Source: Chiloscyllium plagiosum (Eukaryota). Taken from it: 64,000 nt of DNA. A program made the translations under genes and the position numbers. The notes under the pieces were generated by a model. It saw only the letters and a list, made by a program, of their open reading frames with translations, ran no database searches and was not told the origin of the DNA. Every line of letters begins with the position of its first letter. Positions within the stretch are counted from its first letter, which is position 1. Below are positions 26,061 through 38,334 of this stretch, piece by piece. The DNA lies in NCBI RefSeq assembly GCF_004010195.1, contig NC_057719.1, positions 92,184,814 through 92,248,813 on the forward strand. The letters run 5' to 3'.

Positions 26061-26972
26061 CTCTCTAGAACTTTAGTCAGGCCACGTTTGGAATATTGCT
26101 AATAGTTCTGGTAACCACACTAGCAGAAGGATGTGGAGGCTTTGGAGAGGGTACAGAACCAGTTTACCAGGATGTTGCCAGGTATTAGCTATGAGGAGAT
26201 ATTGGACAAATGTGGTTTGGTTTCACTCGAATGTGGAAAGATGATGGGTGACCTGACAGAAGGTTATAAAATTATGAGAAGCATGGAGGGTCGGGGAGTC
26301 TTTTTCCCAGGGTAGAAATGTTGATTACTAACGGACATAAGTTTAAGGTAAAGGGGGAGGACATATTCAAAGCAGGAGTGAGAGGTACGTTTTTTTTACA
26401 CAGAGGGTGATAAGTGCCTGGAATGCACTGCCAGGGGTGGTGGTGGAGATGGTAACAATAGCAATGGTGAAGAGGCATTTTCACAGATATATGAATAGGC
26501 AGGGAGGAGGTATAGATGTTAAAGGTATTTAGTTCAGAAAGCTAAAACATGTCTTGGCACAGTCTTTGTGAGTTGATGGACTGGCTCCTGTGCTGTACTG
26601 CCCTTTGTTTTTTGATTTTCCCCTTTGGGGAGAAGCAAGCAGGCATTTTAGTATCAGCTCATTATCAACTTGTCGAGAGATCATGTTCAATAAAGGAAAG
26701 TGGATGCAGTTGGAGAGAGGGTGATGAACACTACTGTGTGGAGTCAATGGTTCAGATGGTGTGCCAGAGGTTAGAATAGGCTTTCAGTGATGGCCTGGAG
26801 ACAAGGTACAAAACGCAGCTCAGAGGATGACACCAGGATTGCAAACAGCCCATTCTGTCCACACAAAGTTCATCTAAAATACGCTCGTAGATATTCCCTG
26901 TGCACGAGCTCGGTTACTCCCTCACCAGTTCAATGAGTTTCATTTTACTATCGACAATCACCCTGTACAAAG

Positions 26973-27202
26973 TCGAGAGTGCGGCGCTGGAAAAGCACAG
27001 CCGGTCAGGCAGCGTCCGAGGAGCACAGGAGTCGGCGTTTCGGGCAGAAGCCCTTCATCAGGAAATCCTAATTCTCTGGTGAAGAGCTTATGCCCGAAAC
27101 ATCGATTCTCCTGCTTCTCGGATGCTGCCTGACCGGCTGTGCTTTTCCAGCAGCACACTCTCCGACTCTGATCTCCAGCATCTGCAGTCCTCACTTTCTC
27201 CC
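26973..27202 (+). mobile_element. Older fold-back Penelope-derived element
   Basis: Imperfect inverted arms around a short spacer at ~27062-27075; same family as the element at 34020. Confidence 0.8.
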
Positions 27203-29351
27203 ACTCTTTATAAATCCATGTTGACTCCATTTCTGGCCAGCGCAAATTTCTTGAAAGACTCGATCACTTTTAATTCCACCACCTTTGGTAGACTCACAAG
27301 TTAGTAGTTTTCTGGGATTTTCTCTCTCACTTAAAGGAAGAGGTTACACGTATAATCTTCTCCCTAAAGGGACAACAACTGAATAAGAAAACCTTGACCA
27401 CTGATGGCTCGGGCACTTGCAATTTGATCACTTATTTTGTTTAAAAGCCAACAGCTTCTAGTAATCAGTATTTTGTATTAGTAGATTTGTAGCAGTATTG
27501 TAACAGGAGTATTGTAGTAGTGGATGCATTATATAGTCATCGAGATGTACAGCACGGAAACAGACCCTTCAGTTCAACCCGTCCATACCGACCAGATATC
27601 CTAAACTAATCAAGTCCCATTTACCAGCACTTGGCCCACATCCCTCCAAACCCTTCCTATTTATATACCCATCCAAATGCCTCTTAAATGTTGCATTTGT
27701 ACCAGCCTCCACCACTTCCTCTGGCAGCACATTCTATACACACAGCACCGTCTGCGTGAAAAAGTTGCCCCTTAGGTCTCTTTTATATCTTTCCCCTCTC
27801 ACCCTAAATCTATGCCCTCTAGCTCTGAACTCCCCGACCCCAGGGAAAAGACCTTGTCCATTTATCCTATCCATGCCCCTCATGATTTTGTAAACCTCTA
27901 TAAGGTCACCCCCTCAGCCTCTGATGCTCCAGGGAAAACAGCCCCAGCCTGTTCAGCCTCTCCCTGTAGCTCAGATCCTCCAACCCTGGCAACATCCTTG
28001 TAAATCTTTTCTGAACCCTTTCAAGTTTCACAAAGTGTATAAGTCCTGCTAAGATTTGCTTTCCCAAAATGCAGCACCTCACATTTATCTGAATTAAACT
28101 CCATCTGCCACCCCTCAGCCTCTTGGTTTTTCCAGACTTGCTTCAGCTGTGGTGAGTGTCAGTCCTTGAATTTGTTCTTCGAATCCTTGGAATGTCTGGT
28201 CTATTAACCTCTTCCCTATTGTGAAGGCCAACACAAAGAATTGAACAGATGAGATTCCCTACAGTGTGGAAACAGGCCCTTTGGCCCAACAGGTCCACAC
28301 CGATCCTCTGAAGAGTAACCCACCCAGACCCATTTCCCTCTGACTAACGCACCTAACACTTTGGGCGATTTAGCATGGCCAATTCATCACCATCTTTGGA
28401 AGAAGCCAGAGGAAACCCACGCAGACACTGGAAGAATGTGTAAACTCCACACAGACAGTCGCCTGAGGTTGGAACCGAACCTGGGACTCTGGTGCTGTGA
28501 GGCTGCAGTGCTACCCAGTGTGTCACCCCCTCATTTCCTGATTCTCATTTTCAATATTACACTCCATTTGTTCTTAAAGGGCTCACGTTATCCTTGATTA
28601 AAAATTATACCGAAAGAGAAACAGTAAAGAAGACAAGGATTGATCTTGTTGTCCCTAAATTCATTTTCATGTTCCTACTTTGCAGTTGCTGACTGCCTCT
28701 TTTTGCTCTGTGTTTCTCTCCCAGCCTCGTGGGATTATAATATTCAAAGCTCTTTCATACACTCTTTCCTTCATTGTTATGTTATCGCTTACCCTTTTTG
28801 TTGACCGGGCATGGTTTGTTTGATATGTAGAGCTGTGTCCCCTTAGCGCCATATACTAATGCCCCTGAATTAAGGGGTTTTGTTTTTTTCCCCACTGCTG
28901 TTGTTTCCTTGGTCATATTTTTGATCAGAGTGCAATTCTCAATCTCAGTCTTATCCCATTATTTTGTTTTATTCGTTTGCTGGGTGAGGGTGTGACTGGA
29001 TGGGCAAGCTTTTATTGCCCATCCATAATCGCCCAGAGGGCAGTTAAGAGTCAAACACATAGCTGTGGGTCTGGAGTCACATATAAGATGGCTGTATCCT
29101 TCCCTAAAGGACATTAGTGAACCAGATGAGTTTCTCCTGACCATCGGTGATTAGAATCTTAATTCCAGAGTTTTTTTTTAATTCTGCCATGGCAAGATTT
29201 GAACCCTGGTACCCAGAATATTACCTGGGGGCTGGATTAACTGTCCATCGATAGCACCCCAGTAGGCCATTACCTCCCCATTAAAACGTAGCTTTCCTGA
29301 CACCTATGTTACGAGAGGTCCCAAGGTCAAATCCCAGACGAGCCCCCAAGC

Positions 29352-30074
29352 TGTTACGACACGGGGGTAAACCCTCCTGCTTAATTTAAAACCAACAAAA
29401 CAGAAAAGATTGATTCCATGAAATAATCTGTGAAAATCCAAGAGGCCAAGAACTATTGAAAGTAAAACTTAACAACTTTATTTCTTAAGGTATAACAGAG
29501 AATAATTAACTAGCAACTATTTACAACTCCTTCCTCTAATCTATCTTTTACTTTCTCTTGTACAACGCTAGTCTAATAAAACACCCGATTAAGATTTACC
29601 AAAAATTCAAATTTTAAAACCAGCCAGCTGTCAAATCTTCTCTTTATTTTCTTTGGTAGATTTGCTTTCCAGCTCAGTGTTGAGGTTTTTCTCTGGGCAA
29701 ACTCCTTCTCTAGACAGGCACCTCTCAGAGAGTTCTGACTAGCAGTCTACAGCTGTTGGTCTGGTGGAAGTTCTCCTCCCAACTGTTCAATTTGTCCTGG
29801 TTTTATACCCCCAAAGCATCGGATTGTGCCATTGGTTTTTAATACTGTCAATATACTCAATTCAAACTGGGTCGGTGGTTAGTATATTGGGGCATAATTT
29901 AAACTGATTGGCCGAATTTGAATTTGTTTTGTCATCTTCAGCCAACCCAGTTAATCTAGCTGTTTGACCAAATGTTGCGATGTTCCCTTGTTTGGAACAC
30001 TTAGTTCTGTGTCAGGTAGTTCTGCTAGCTTTTAACTCTCTTAAAGGTACGGTACCCCTTATACCTTTGTAACA
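29352..30074 (-). mobile_element. Solo LTR (723 bp)
   Basis: TGTTAC...GTAACA inverted termini; flanks CCAAGC / CCAAGT (6-bp TSD, 1 mismatch); minus-strand CCAAT (~29830, ~29907), TATAAAA (~29801) and AATAAA (~29477) in LTR order. Confidence 0.8.
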
Positions 30075-30979
30075 CCAAGTATTGCATTGAAGCAAGTCCC
30101 TTTCTCTATTCTCTAACAATTTGCATGGTATAATATTATATACACTAACAAGTCAAAAATTGTCTGAATGGGTTTTAGGACCAAGGGTGGTATTTCATCA
30201 GGAGTCTAGGATGACTTGTCCCAAGTGACCATCTGCCAAGAATTTCACAACCAAAGAGTAGAATCAAAATTTACCCAATGTTTTACACACTCACTTCTAA
30301 TTTAAAAGACCATGAAGCGTATATGTGAACTGGATAATCAGAGATCGCTGCAGTCAGGAGGAATACATGAGGCTGTCCTTCCTCAGTCAGAAAGTTCTGG
30401 GCTCATGCCCCACTCCAGAGCACACCAGTCAGACTGAGGGAGTGCTGCATTGTCAGAGGAACCGTCTTACAGTCAGTTTCTCAAAATGAGGAGCCGCCAG
30501 TCTGAAATAAAACCGGGGAATGCTGGAGAAACTCAGCTTCGGCGGAGGGAAGAACAGCGTTCTCGTTTCGAGTCTAATATGACTCCTTCAGAACTGATCT
30601 GAACCACCTCGTCAGCTTGACCTAAAAGCTGACGTGCTGACCGAAAGGTAGGGAGTTCTCTCGAAAGCATTGGTAATGTTTATCCTCTCTTACATGAATT
30701 CAGCTGGACATGCGAGTACTTGGAATTGGCTTCTACGTTTCCTTACAACAGTGAGATGCAGTAAGGGTACAGAGCGGCCATTACAGGGGATGGGGAGTCG
30801 CACTCGTGATTGGGCAACACGAGTTGGGATCCTGGCATGGCATGTGGGGAAGGGAGGGAGGGCGTCAATTAGATTCTGTGAAACGAGAAGCCTGGCGTTG
30901 TGAAACGTGACCGCGGCCCGTCTCGAGGTGCCACATAGCTACAAAGCGTGTGTAACCACGTCTCTGTTGGTTGTTTCAG

Positions 30980-31117
30980 AAATGGAAGCTGAAGGGGTTG
31001 GCCATCCAGCAGCTGATAACTGGCGCCTGCCTGGACAGCGAGTCTGGGAGGGTGGGGACCAGCACCTGTCACCCTGAGCTCGGCACTCAGCAGTGGGAGA
31101 GGCTGCAGATTACGTGA
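30980..31117 (+). CDS. GALNT16: GalNAc-T terminal coding exon (ricin-B lectin gamma repeat, stop TGA 31115-31117)
   Basis: tgtttcag|AAA TGG...ACG TGA; encodes KWKLKGLAIQQLITGACLDSESGRVGTSTCHPELGTQQWERLQIT*, with CLD and QxW lectin motifs; followed by non-repetitive probable 3' UTR. Confidence 0.9.
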   Translation, partial: KWKLKGLAIQQLITGACLDSESGRVGTSTCHPELGTQQWERLQIT

Positions 31118-32544
31118 CACTGCACACCGACCCCACCCCCACCCCTCCTCCAGTCACCCTGTATGGACTTCAGAGGCGTGGTGGCAGGGTGGGGTTTGAA
31201 TGTATGTAAATATATTCCCCCTCCACCATCCCAACCCCACCCCCTCCCCCGACAGAGGTTACATGAAGGAGTCGTCGGAGAGTTGCACAGTTGCTGGCTA
31301 AACACAACTGAGAGGGAACAACTGCATGGGAAGCTCACCATGACTCAGTATGGATGCTGCTGAAGCTATCCAAAGGCACAATCTTGCACAAACAGATGAC
31401 ATCCTACGCCCTTTTCTCCGTAGCCTTTTCTACTTCATTCCCAATCATTTTTCCCATCAGTTGACTCACAGATATACCCTTCATGGACTTGGCTTCCCTT
31501 TAGACTTGGGCTCAGGTAGAGATTGCCCAGTCTCTTTGCTGATCACATGACTTACTGCCACCAGCAGCCCCATCCCCAGAGTCCCACCATTGGTGCCCCC
31601 TTGCCCCGCCTCCCCACACTGATTGGAACACAAACAGATGCTTCACAATCTGATTGGCAGTCAGAAATAATCCAGTCAAGCGGCCGTTTCTCACCGTGAA
31701 CCTCAGTCCCGGTATGACTGACCAATCAATGAGACTTCAACGAAAACGATAACCATCTTTGTAAATGTTCCTGTAATTTGTAGAAGTGTGGAAAAGCACA
31801 GATGTGGCCAAATGTCAGTGTCAGTCATAAGAAGAGCTGTCCAGTGTGTATCACCGTTTACCCAACTTGGGCCATAGCCCGGCAGCTTACCGCACTTTAA
31901 CTTCATGTCCCATCTTCTCAAGGTATGAGGGTTTTTGCTGTACCACCTTTTCAGGCGTTGGTTCCTAGATTCCCAGCACACTCTGGGTGGAACTAAAGTT
32001 ACTCCTTAATGGCCCTCCAATTCTTTGCTAACTAGTTTAGATGTATGCCCGCACTAACCCCATAAAAGGAACACAGATCCTCCTTCCCAGCTGATCCAAG
32101 CCCCTCTTAATTCGACGAACTCACATTAAATGTCCCCTCAGCTTCTCCTCTTCCAATGCTGACTTCTAGTCAGTCTTCCCTTCAACTATTTCCATCATCA
32201 GTCTGGTAGATCGCTGTGTTCTTGCTGATTAGATCGCTCCTTCCTATGATGCTGTGAGGAGAACTCGATGCAGTGTCCACACCACAGTACAACCAATGTT
32301 TTATATGGTTCATCTATATCCTCCTGGCTCCTAAATTCCAGGCCTCAAGTATTAAAGGGAAGCATTCCTTGTGCAGATGGAATGTAATGTGGGGAAATTT
32401 GAGGTTATGCACTTTGGGTAAGAGGAGCTGAATATTATTTAAATGGAGAAAGACTGCAGAAAGCTAAGAACAGAGGGATCTGAGGGGTCCTCATCCAGGA
32501 ATCTCACAAAGCTAGCACCAAGTTCAGCTGGTAATAGGGAAGGC

Positions 32545-32668
32545 GAAAGTGAGGACTACAGATGCTGGAGATCAGAGTCTAGATTAGAGTGGTGCTGGAA
32601 AAGCACAGCAGGTCAGACAGCATCCGAGGAGCAGGAAAATTGATGTTTCAGCCAAAAGCCCTTCATCA
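32545..32668 (-). mobile_element. Single-arm Penelope-derived short element
   Basis: Begins at CTGATGAAGGGC on the minus strand; TSD GGTAATAGGGAAGGC at 32530-32544 and 32669-32683. Similar copies at ~24345-24480(+), ~36733-36855(-), ~39704-39838(+), 44475-44575(+), 51446-51617(+). Confidence 0.8.
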
Positions 32669-34019
32669 GGTAATAGGGAAGGCCAAATGGACTGCCGGTC
32701 TTTATTTCAAAGGGGGTGGAGTATAAAAGTTAGGGAGGTGTTGCTAAAACGAGACAAGGTACTAGTCAGACTGCAGCTGGAATACTGTGAACAGTTTTGG
32801 GTTGCCTCTGGAAGGAAAGATAGATTGGCGTTGGAGACAGTCCAGAGAATGTTCACTCGGCTAATACCCATTTGGAGGGACAGTCTCACGATGAGAGGTT
32901 GACGAGGTTGGGCCTGTACTCATTGGAGTTTCGAAGATACTTATTGAAACATACAAGATTCTTAGGGGACTGGACGGTGGAGAGGCAGAAAGGTTGTGGG
33001 CGAGTCTAGCACCAGAAGGGGATTATCTCAGAGTAAGGGGTTGCCCATTTAAAACAGGGAGACGAGCAGGAATTCTGTCTCTCGGAGGGGAGTGAGTCTG
33101 TGGAATTCTTTACCGCAGAGGACTGGCGAGGCTGGGTCATTGAGTTTATTCAAGGCTGAGGGAGACAGTTCTTAAATCAGCAAGGGAATGGAGGCCGATG
33201 GGGAAAAGGCAAGGACGGGGAGTTGAGGATTATCAGAGCAGCCGTGACATCAAGGAATAGTAGGGCAGACTCGATGGGCTAAACGGCCTACTTCTGTTCC
33301 TGTGTTATATGGTCCTACCTTATCTTTCTGTCCCGCTAATGGTGGGGGGGAGTGGGTGGGAGGGGGTAGGTACACAATCCAATTTCCCTGATGCTTCCCC
33401 TGAGTTCCCTGTTTAATATTTTGGTGACTGTCTTACTTTTGATTTGCTGTCACTGTATCGAACATCGATCGAGTAAAGATCTTTAAATTGCCCTGCCTCA
33501 GCCACTCCGTTCTAAGCAAAGATGGATGTCTGAGCCTGAGGGGTACCATTGATCTCATTCTCTCTGTCCACATCCTCTCAGGTGAGTCTCTGTCCTGCAA
33601 TGTACAGTGCACCAGTGTCAACATAATCTGCCCTTTTCAAGTCTATCTCTCTATAAATAATGCTTTCCCCCACAAAGCCGTCTTACTGACATCCCTTCCT
33701 AACTGCACACAATGGTTCACTAAATCCAGTCTGGAACTGGCCCTCGCATTGGCTTGCCTCATACTGGGATTAAAAACACTGTCTTCTGAATAAATTTGAA
33801 GAATTCCACACCTTATGCTAATTCTGTTTGCATTGTCTCAGCTCATCAGTCGGGTAGGTAGCGGAAATTCCTGTTGCCTTTTTGTTCATAGAGTCATACA
33901 GTATGGAAACAGACCCTTTGGCCCAGTCAGTTCATGCTGTCCACATCCCCAAACTGAACTAGTCCCAAGTGCCTGCGTTTGACCCATATCCCTCCAATCC
34001 TTTCCTATTTGTGAACTTA

Positions 34020-34235
34020 GCTGGAAATGTGTTGCTGGAAAAGCGCAGCAGGTCAGGCAGCATCCAGGGAACAGGAGAATCGACGTTTCGGGCATAAGCC
34101 CTTCTTCAGGAATCTGAAGAAGGGCTTATGCCCGAAACGTCGATTCTCCTGTTCCCTGGATGCTGCCTGACCTGCTGCGCTTTTCCAGCAACACATTTCC
34201 AGCTCTGATCTCCAGCATCTGCAGACCTCACTTTC
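34020..34235 (+). mobile_element. Fold-back Penelope-derived short element with hammerhead core
   Basis: 91-bp inverted arms (34019-34109 / 34114-34204); TSD TCCTATTTGTGAACTTA at 34003-34019 and 34236-34252; inserted in a CR1 3' end. Confidence 0.9.
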
Positions 34236-34754
34236 TCCTATTTGTGAACTTATCCAAACGTTTTTTTAATCATTGTAACTGTACCCGCATCCACCACTGC
34301 GTCTGGAAATTCATTCCACAAACTAACCACTCTCTGTGTGTAAAAAAAAAAGTTGCCCCCATGCCTTTTTTGAATCTTTTCCTCTCACCTTAAGACTATG
34401 CCCTCCATTTTGAATTCCCTTGCCCTAGCGGAAAAGAATTTTGCAATTCACCTTTTCTATGCCACTCGTGCTTTTGTAAACCTCAATACGGCCTCCCCTC
34501 ATCCTCCTAAGAATGGGGTGAGAGAAATCCCAGTCTTCCCAATCTATTTTTATATCTCAAACCCTCCATTCCCAGCAACATCCAGGTAAATCTGCATGTC
34601 TTAGCAATTGCCCTTCAGATTTACTCATCTATCTCCCTCTGAGTGACCTGGGATCTATTGCTTGCTCCCTTCCAGGCGATTGCTGAGTTGATGGTCCCTG
34701 GTCCGACCTGTATAGTCTCATTTGATGGATCCTTACACCTATTCTTCCTGTGGT

Positions 34755-36300
34755 TAGAACATAGAACAGTACAGCACAGAACAGGTCCTTCAGCCCACGA
34801 TGTTGTGCCGATCATTGATCCTCATGTGAGGTAAACCTAATGTACGGACTCTCAAATTTCTGTGACCATATGCATGACCAGCAGTCCCTTAAATATCCCC
34901 AATGACCTCGCTTCCACAACTGCTGCTGGCAACGCATTCCACGCTCTCACAACTCTCTGTGTAAAGAACCCGCATCTGACATCCCCCTCTATACTTTCCG
35001 CCAAACAGCTTAAAACTATGACCCCTTGTGTTAACAATTTCTGCCCTGGGAAATAGCCTCTGGCTATCAACTCTATCTATGCCTCTCATTATCTTGTACA
35101 CCTCAATTAGGTCCCCTCTCTTCCTTCTTTTTTCCAATGAAAACAGTCTGAGCTCAGTCAACCTCTCTTCGTAAAATAAGCCCTCCATTCCAGGCAGCAT
35201 CCTGGCAATCCTCCTCTGAACCCTCTCCAAAGCATCCACATCTTTCTTATAATAGGGCGACTAGAACTGGATGCAGTATTCCAAGTGCGGTCTAACCAAA
35301 GTTTTATAGAGCTGCAACAAGATCTCACGGCTCTTAAACTCAATCCTCCTGTTAATGAAAGCCAAAACACCATATGCTTTCTTAACAACCCTGTCCACCT
35401 GGGTGGCCATTTTAAGGGATCTATGTACCTGCACCCCAAGATCTGTCTGTTCCTCCACACTACCAAGAATCCTATCCTTAATCTTGTTCTCAGCTTTCAA
35501 ATTCGACCTTCCAAAATGCATCACCTCGCATTTATCCAGGTTAAACTCCATCTGCCATCTCTCAGCCCATCTCTGCATCCTGTCAATGTCCCACTGCAGC
35601 CTACAACAGTCCTCTATACTGTCAACGACACCTCCAATCTTTGTGTCATCTGCAAACTTGCTGACCCATCCTTCAATCTCCTCATCCAAGTCATTAATAA
35701 AAATTACAAAGAGTAGAGGCCCAAGGACAGAGCCCTGTGGAACACCACTCACCACTGACTTCCAGTCAGAATACTTTCCTTCCACTACCACTCGCTGCCT
35801 TCTGTTGGCCAGCCAATTCTGTATCCAGACAGCTAAATTTCCCTGTATCCCATTCCTCCTGACCTTCTGAACAAGCCTACCATGGGGGACCTTATCAAAT
35901 GCCTTACTGAAGTCCATAGTGCTACACCCCCCTCCTCTTTTCCACCCCCTCCCTATTCTTTTTAAATGCTCTAAACCCTGGAACATCTAGCAACCATTCC
36001 TGCCCCCTGAGAAACCCACGTCTCTGTTCTGGCCACAACATCATAACACCAGGTACTGATCCATGCTCTAAGCTTATCACTTTTATTCCCGATACTCCTT
36101 GCATTAAAGCAAACACACTTTAACCGATCCCTTGGTTCTTTCCCAGTAAATGCCTTCCTACAGGCTGCGCTACCTCTTGCTATTGCCTCATCTGCATCAA
36201 CTCTCACCTCCGGTATACAGCTCAGGTTCCCACCCCCCTGCCATACTAGTTTAAACCCTCCTGAACCACTCGAGCAAACCTTCTTTCTCATGAAACCTCT
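34755..36300 (-). mobile_element. CR1 LINE fragments (RT fused to start of endonuclease region by deletion)
   Basis: [25 protein letters not shown]; upstream LKCVCFNARSIGNK endonuclease start. Confidence 0.9.
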
Positions 36301-38334
36301 CCTCTCTTTTGTATTCCCCTTTCTATCCCGATTACCAAGACTGTCAAATGTGCATCCTGGCCCTCCTTCAGTAAAGAAAACCACACTTGCATGCATCTAC
36401 CTATGGCTCTCAACCTCACCTACTTAATCACTTGACTCCTTCATACACGCCACTAATCTCCAAGCAAACTTTCTTTTACTGTCCATTTTCTAGCCTTTGC
36501 CTCCCCTTGCTCTAACCAGCTAATTTAAAGCTCCTGCAACAGCACTAGCAACCGCCATCCTCACCCCCAGCCAGGGTATCTGTTGAGAGGGAATTCACAC
36601 ACATTTTCAACGAGGAGTTAGATCTATTTCTTGGGGCTAAAGAGATCAGAGAGTATGGGGAAGAAGGTGGAAACGGGGGACTGAGTAGGATGATCAGCCA
36701 TGACCACATTGAATGGTAGAGCAGGGCTGAATGGGTAAAAACAATGACTGCAGATGCTGGAAACCAGATTCTGGTGTGCTGGAAAAGCACAGCAGTTCGG
36801 GCAGCATCCGAGGAACAGTAAAATCGACGTTTCGAGCAAAAGCCCTTCATCAGGAGTCACGGCCAACTCTTGCTTGTAGTTTCTATGTTTCCAAAAAAAC
36901 CAGGACCAATTCCCCTGGAATCTTCTAGCTCTTGCTCCTGCCACATCTCTACAACCATAGACTTACTGGATCCTGTTCTTCCTTTTAATGGTGTGTGATA
37001 TTGAACAAAATAGTGCAGTCCCTTCAGCCCTCAATGTTGCACTGACCTGTGGAACCAATCTGAAGCCCATCTAACCTACACTATTCCATTCCCGTCCACA
37101 TGCCTATCCAATGACCATTTAAATGCCCTTAAAGTTGGCGAGTCTACTACTGTTGCAGGCAGAGCATTCCACACCCCTACTACTCTCTGAGTAAAGAACC
37201 TACCTCTGACATCTGTCCTATACCTATCGTCCCTCAATTTAAAGCTATGCCCCCTCGTGCTAGCCATCACCATCCGAGGAAAAAGGCTCTCACTGTCCAC
37301 CCTATTTAACCCTCGGATTATCTTCTATGTCTCAATTACCTCTCAACCTTCTCTCTAATGAAAACAGCCTCAAGTCCCTCAGCCTTTCCTCATAAGACCT
37401 TCCCTCCATACCAGGCAACATCCCAGTAAATCTCCTCTGAACCCTTTCCAACGCTTCCACATCCTTCCTATAATCTGGTGACCAGAACTGGACACAATAC
37501 TCCAAGTGCGGCCGCACCAGTGTCTTGTACAGTATGACACTGGGAGTAATCTACGGAGGAGAACTTTGGTGCGCCCTGCTCTCAAACTTATTTCCTAACT
37601 TGCTCAAGGTTTTGTCTTCAGGGCCTCATCCCTCTTGCCACGCTGGGAGTAATGGCTGCTCCCACAACACAGTGGCATCCTTGAGTTTGCATCAGGGAGG
37701 AAACTTGGGCATTTTAACACTGAGTTGGACTGCTGGAAATACTCAGTACGTCGGACAGTAGGTGTTGGGGGAGAGGAGTTAACAAAACATATTTTTTAAA
37801 AGGCAAAAAAAAACCATAAAGAAGTAAGACCAGGAGAAGGCCCTTGACCCTCTGCCATTCAATAAAATCATGGCTGACCGTACTGTTCTGTGTCCCTAAC
37901 TTGCCTGCCTATCCCCGTAATACTCGACTTCCTCAAATCTGCCTCCCTCAGCCTTGAGTATATTCAGTGACCTGACTCCCGTTGCTCCCTGGGGAAGACA
38001 AGACAGGAGGAGGCCATTCAGCCCTTCGGATCTGCTCCACTATTCAGTCAGAGAGTGTTTGTGTTCCGAGTTCCACCTTTCCTGTCTACCCCTGAGAAAT
38101 TAACTCTGTATCTCTCACCACAGGTGTCTCCCGACCTGGTGGGTACTTTCACCAAGTTTCTGTTTTTAATTGCTGACTTTTTTTCTTTGCAACACTGTCC
38201 GTGAAATTAATCTTCACGTCTTGGAGATGCTGGGCTAGAAACCCGAATGAGGATGTGAAGAAGTGGAGTCCGAGGCAGAAGCGTTACAAAATCCCTTCGG
38301 TGCTGGTGTCTACACAGTACTAGTTAGTCAGTTG

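Noticed and set aside
35261..35986. 241-aa RT ORF as an active LINE
   Set aside because: It is internally deleted and frameshifted. No full-length ORF2 exists in the window.
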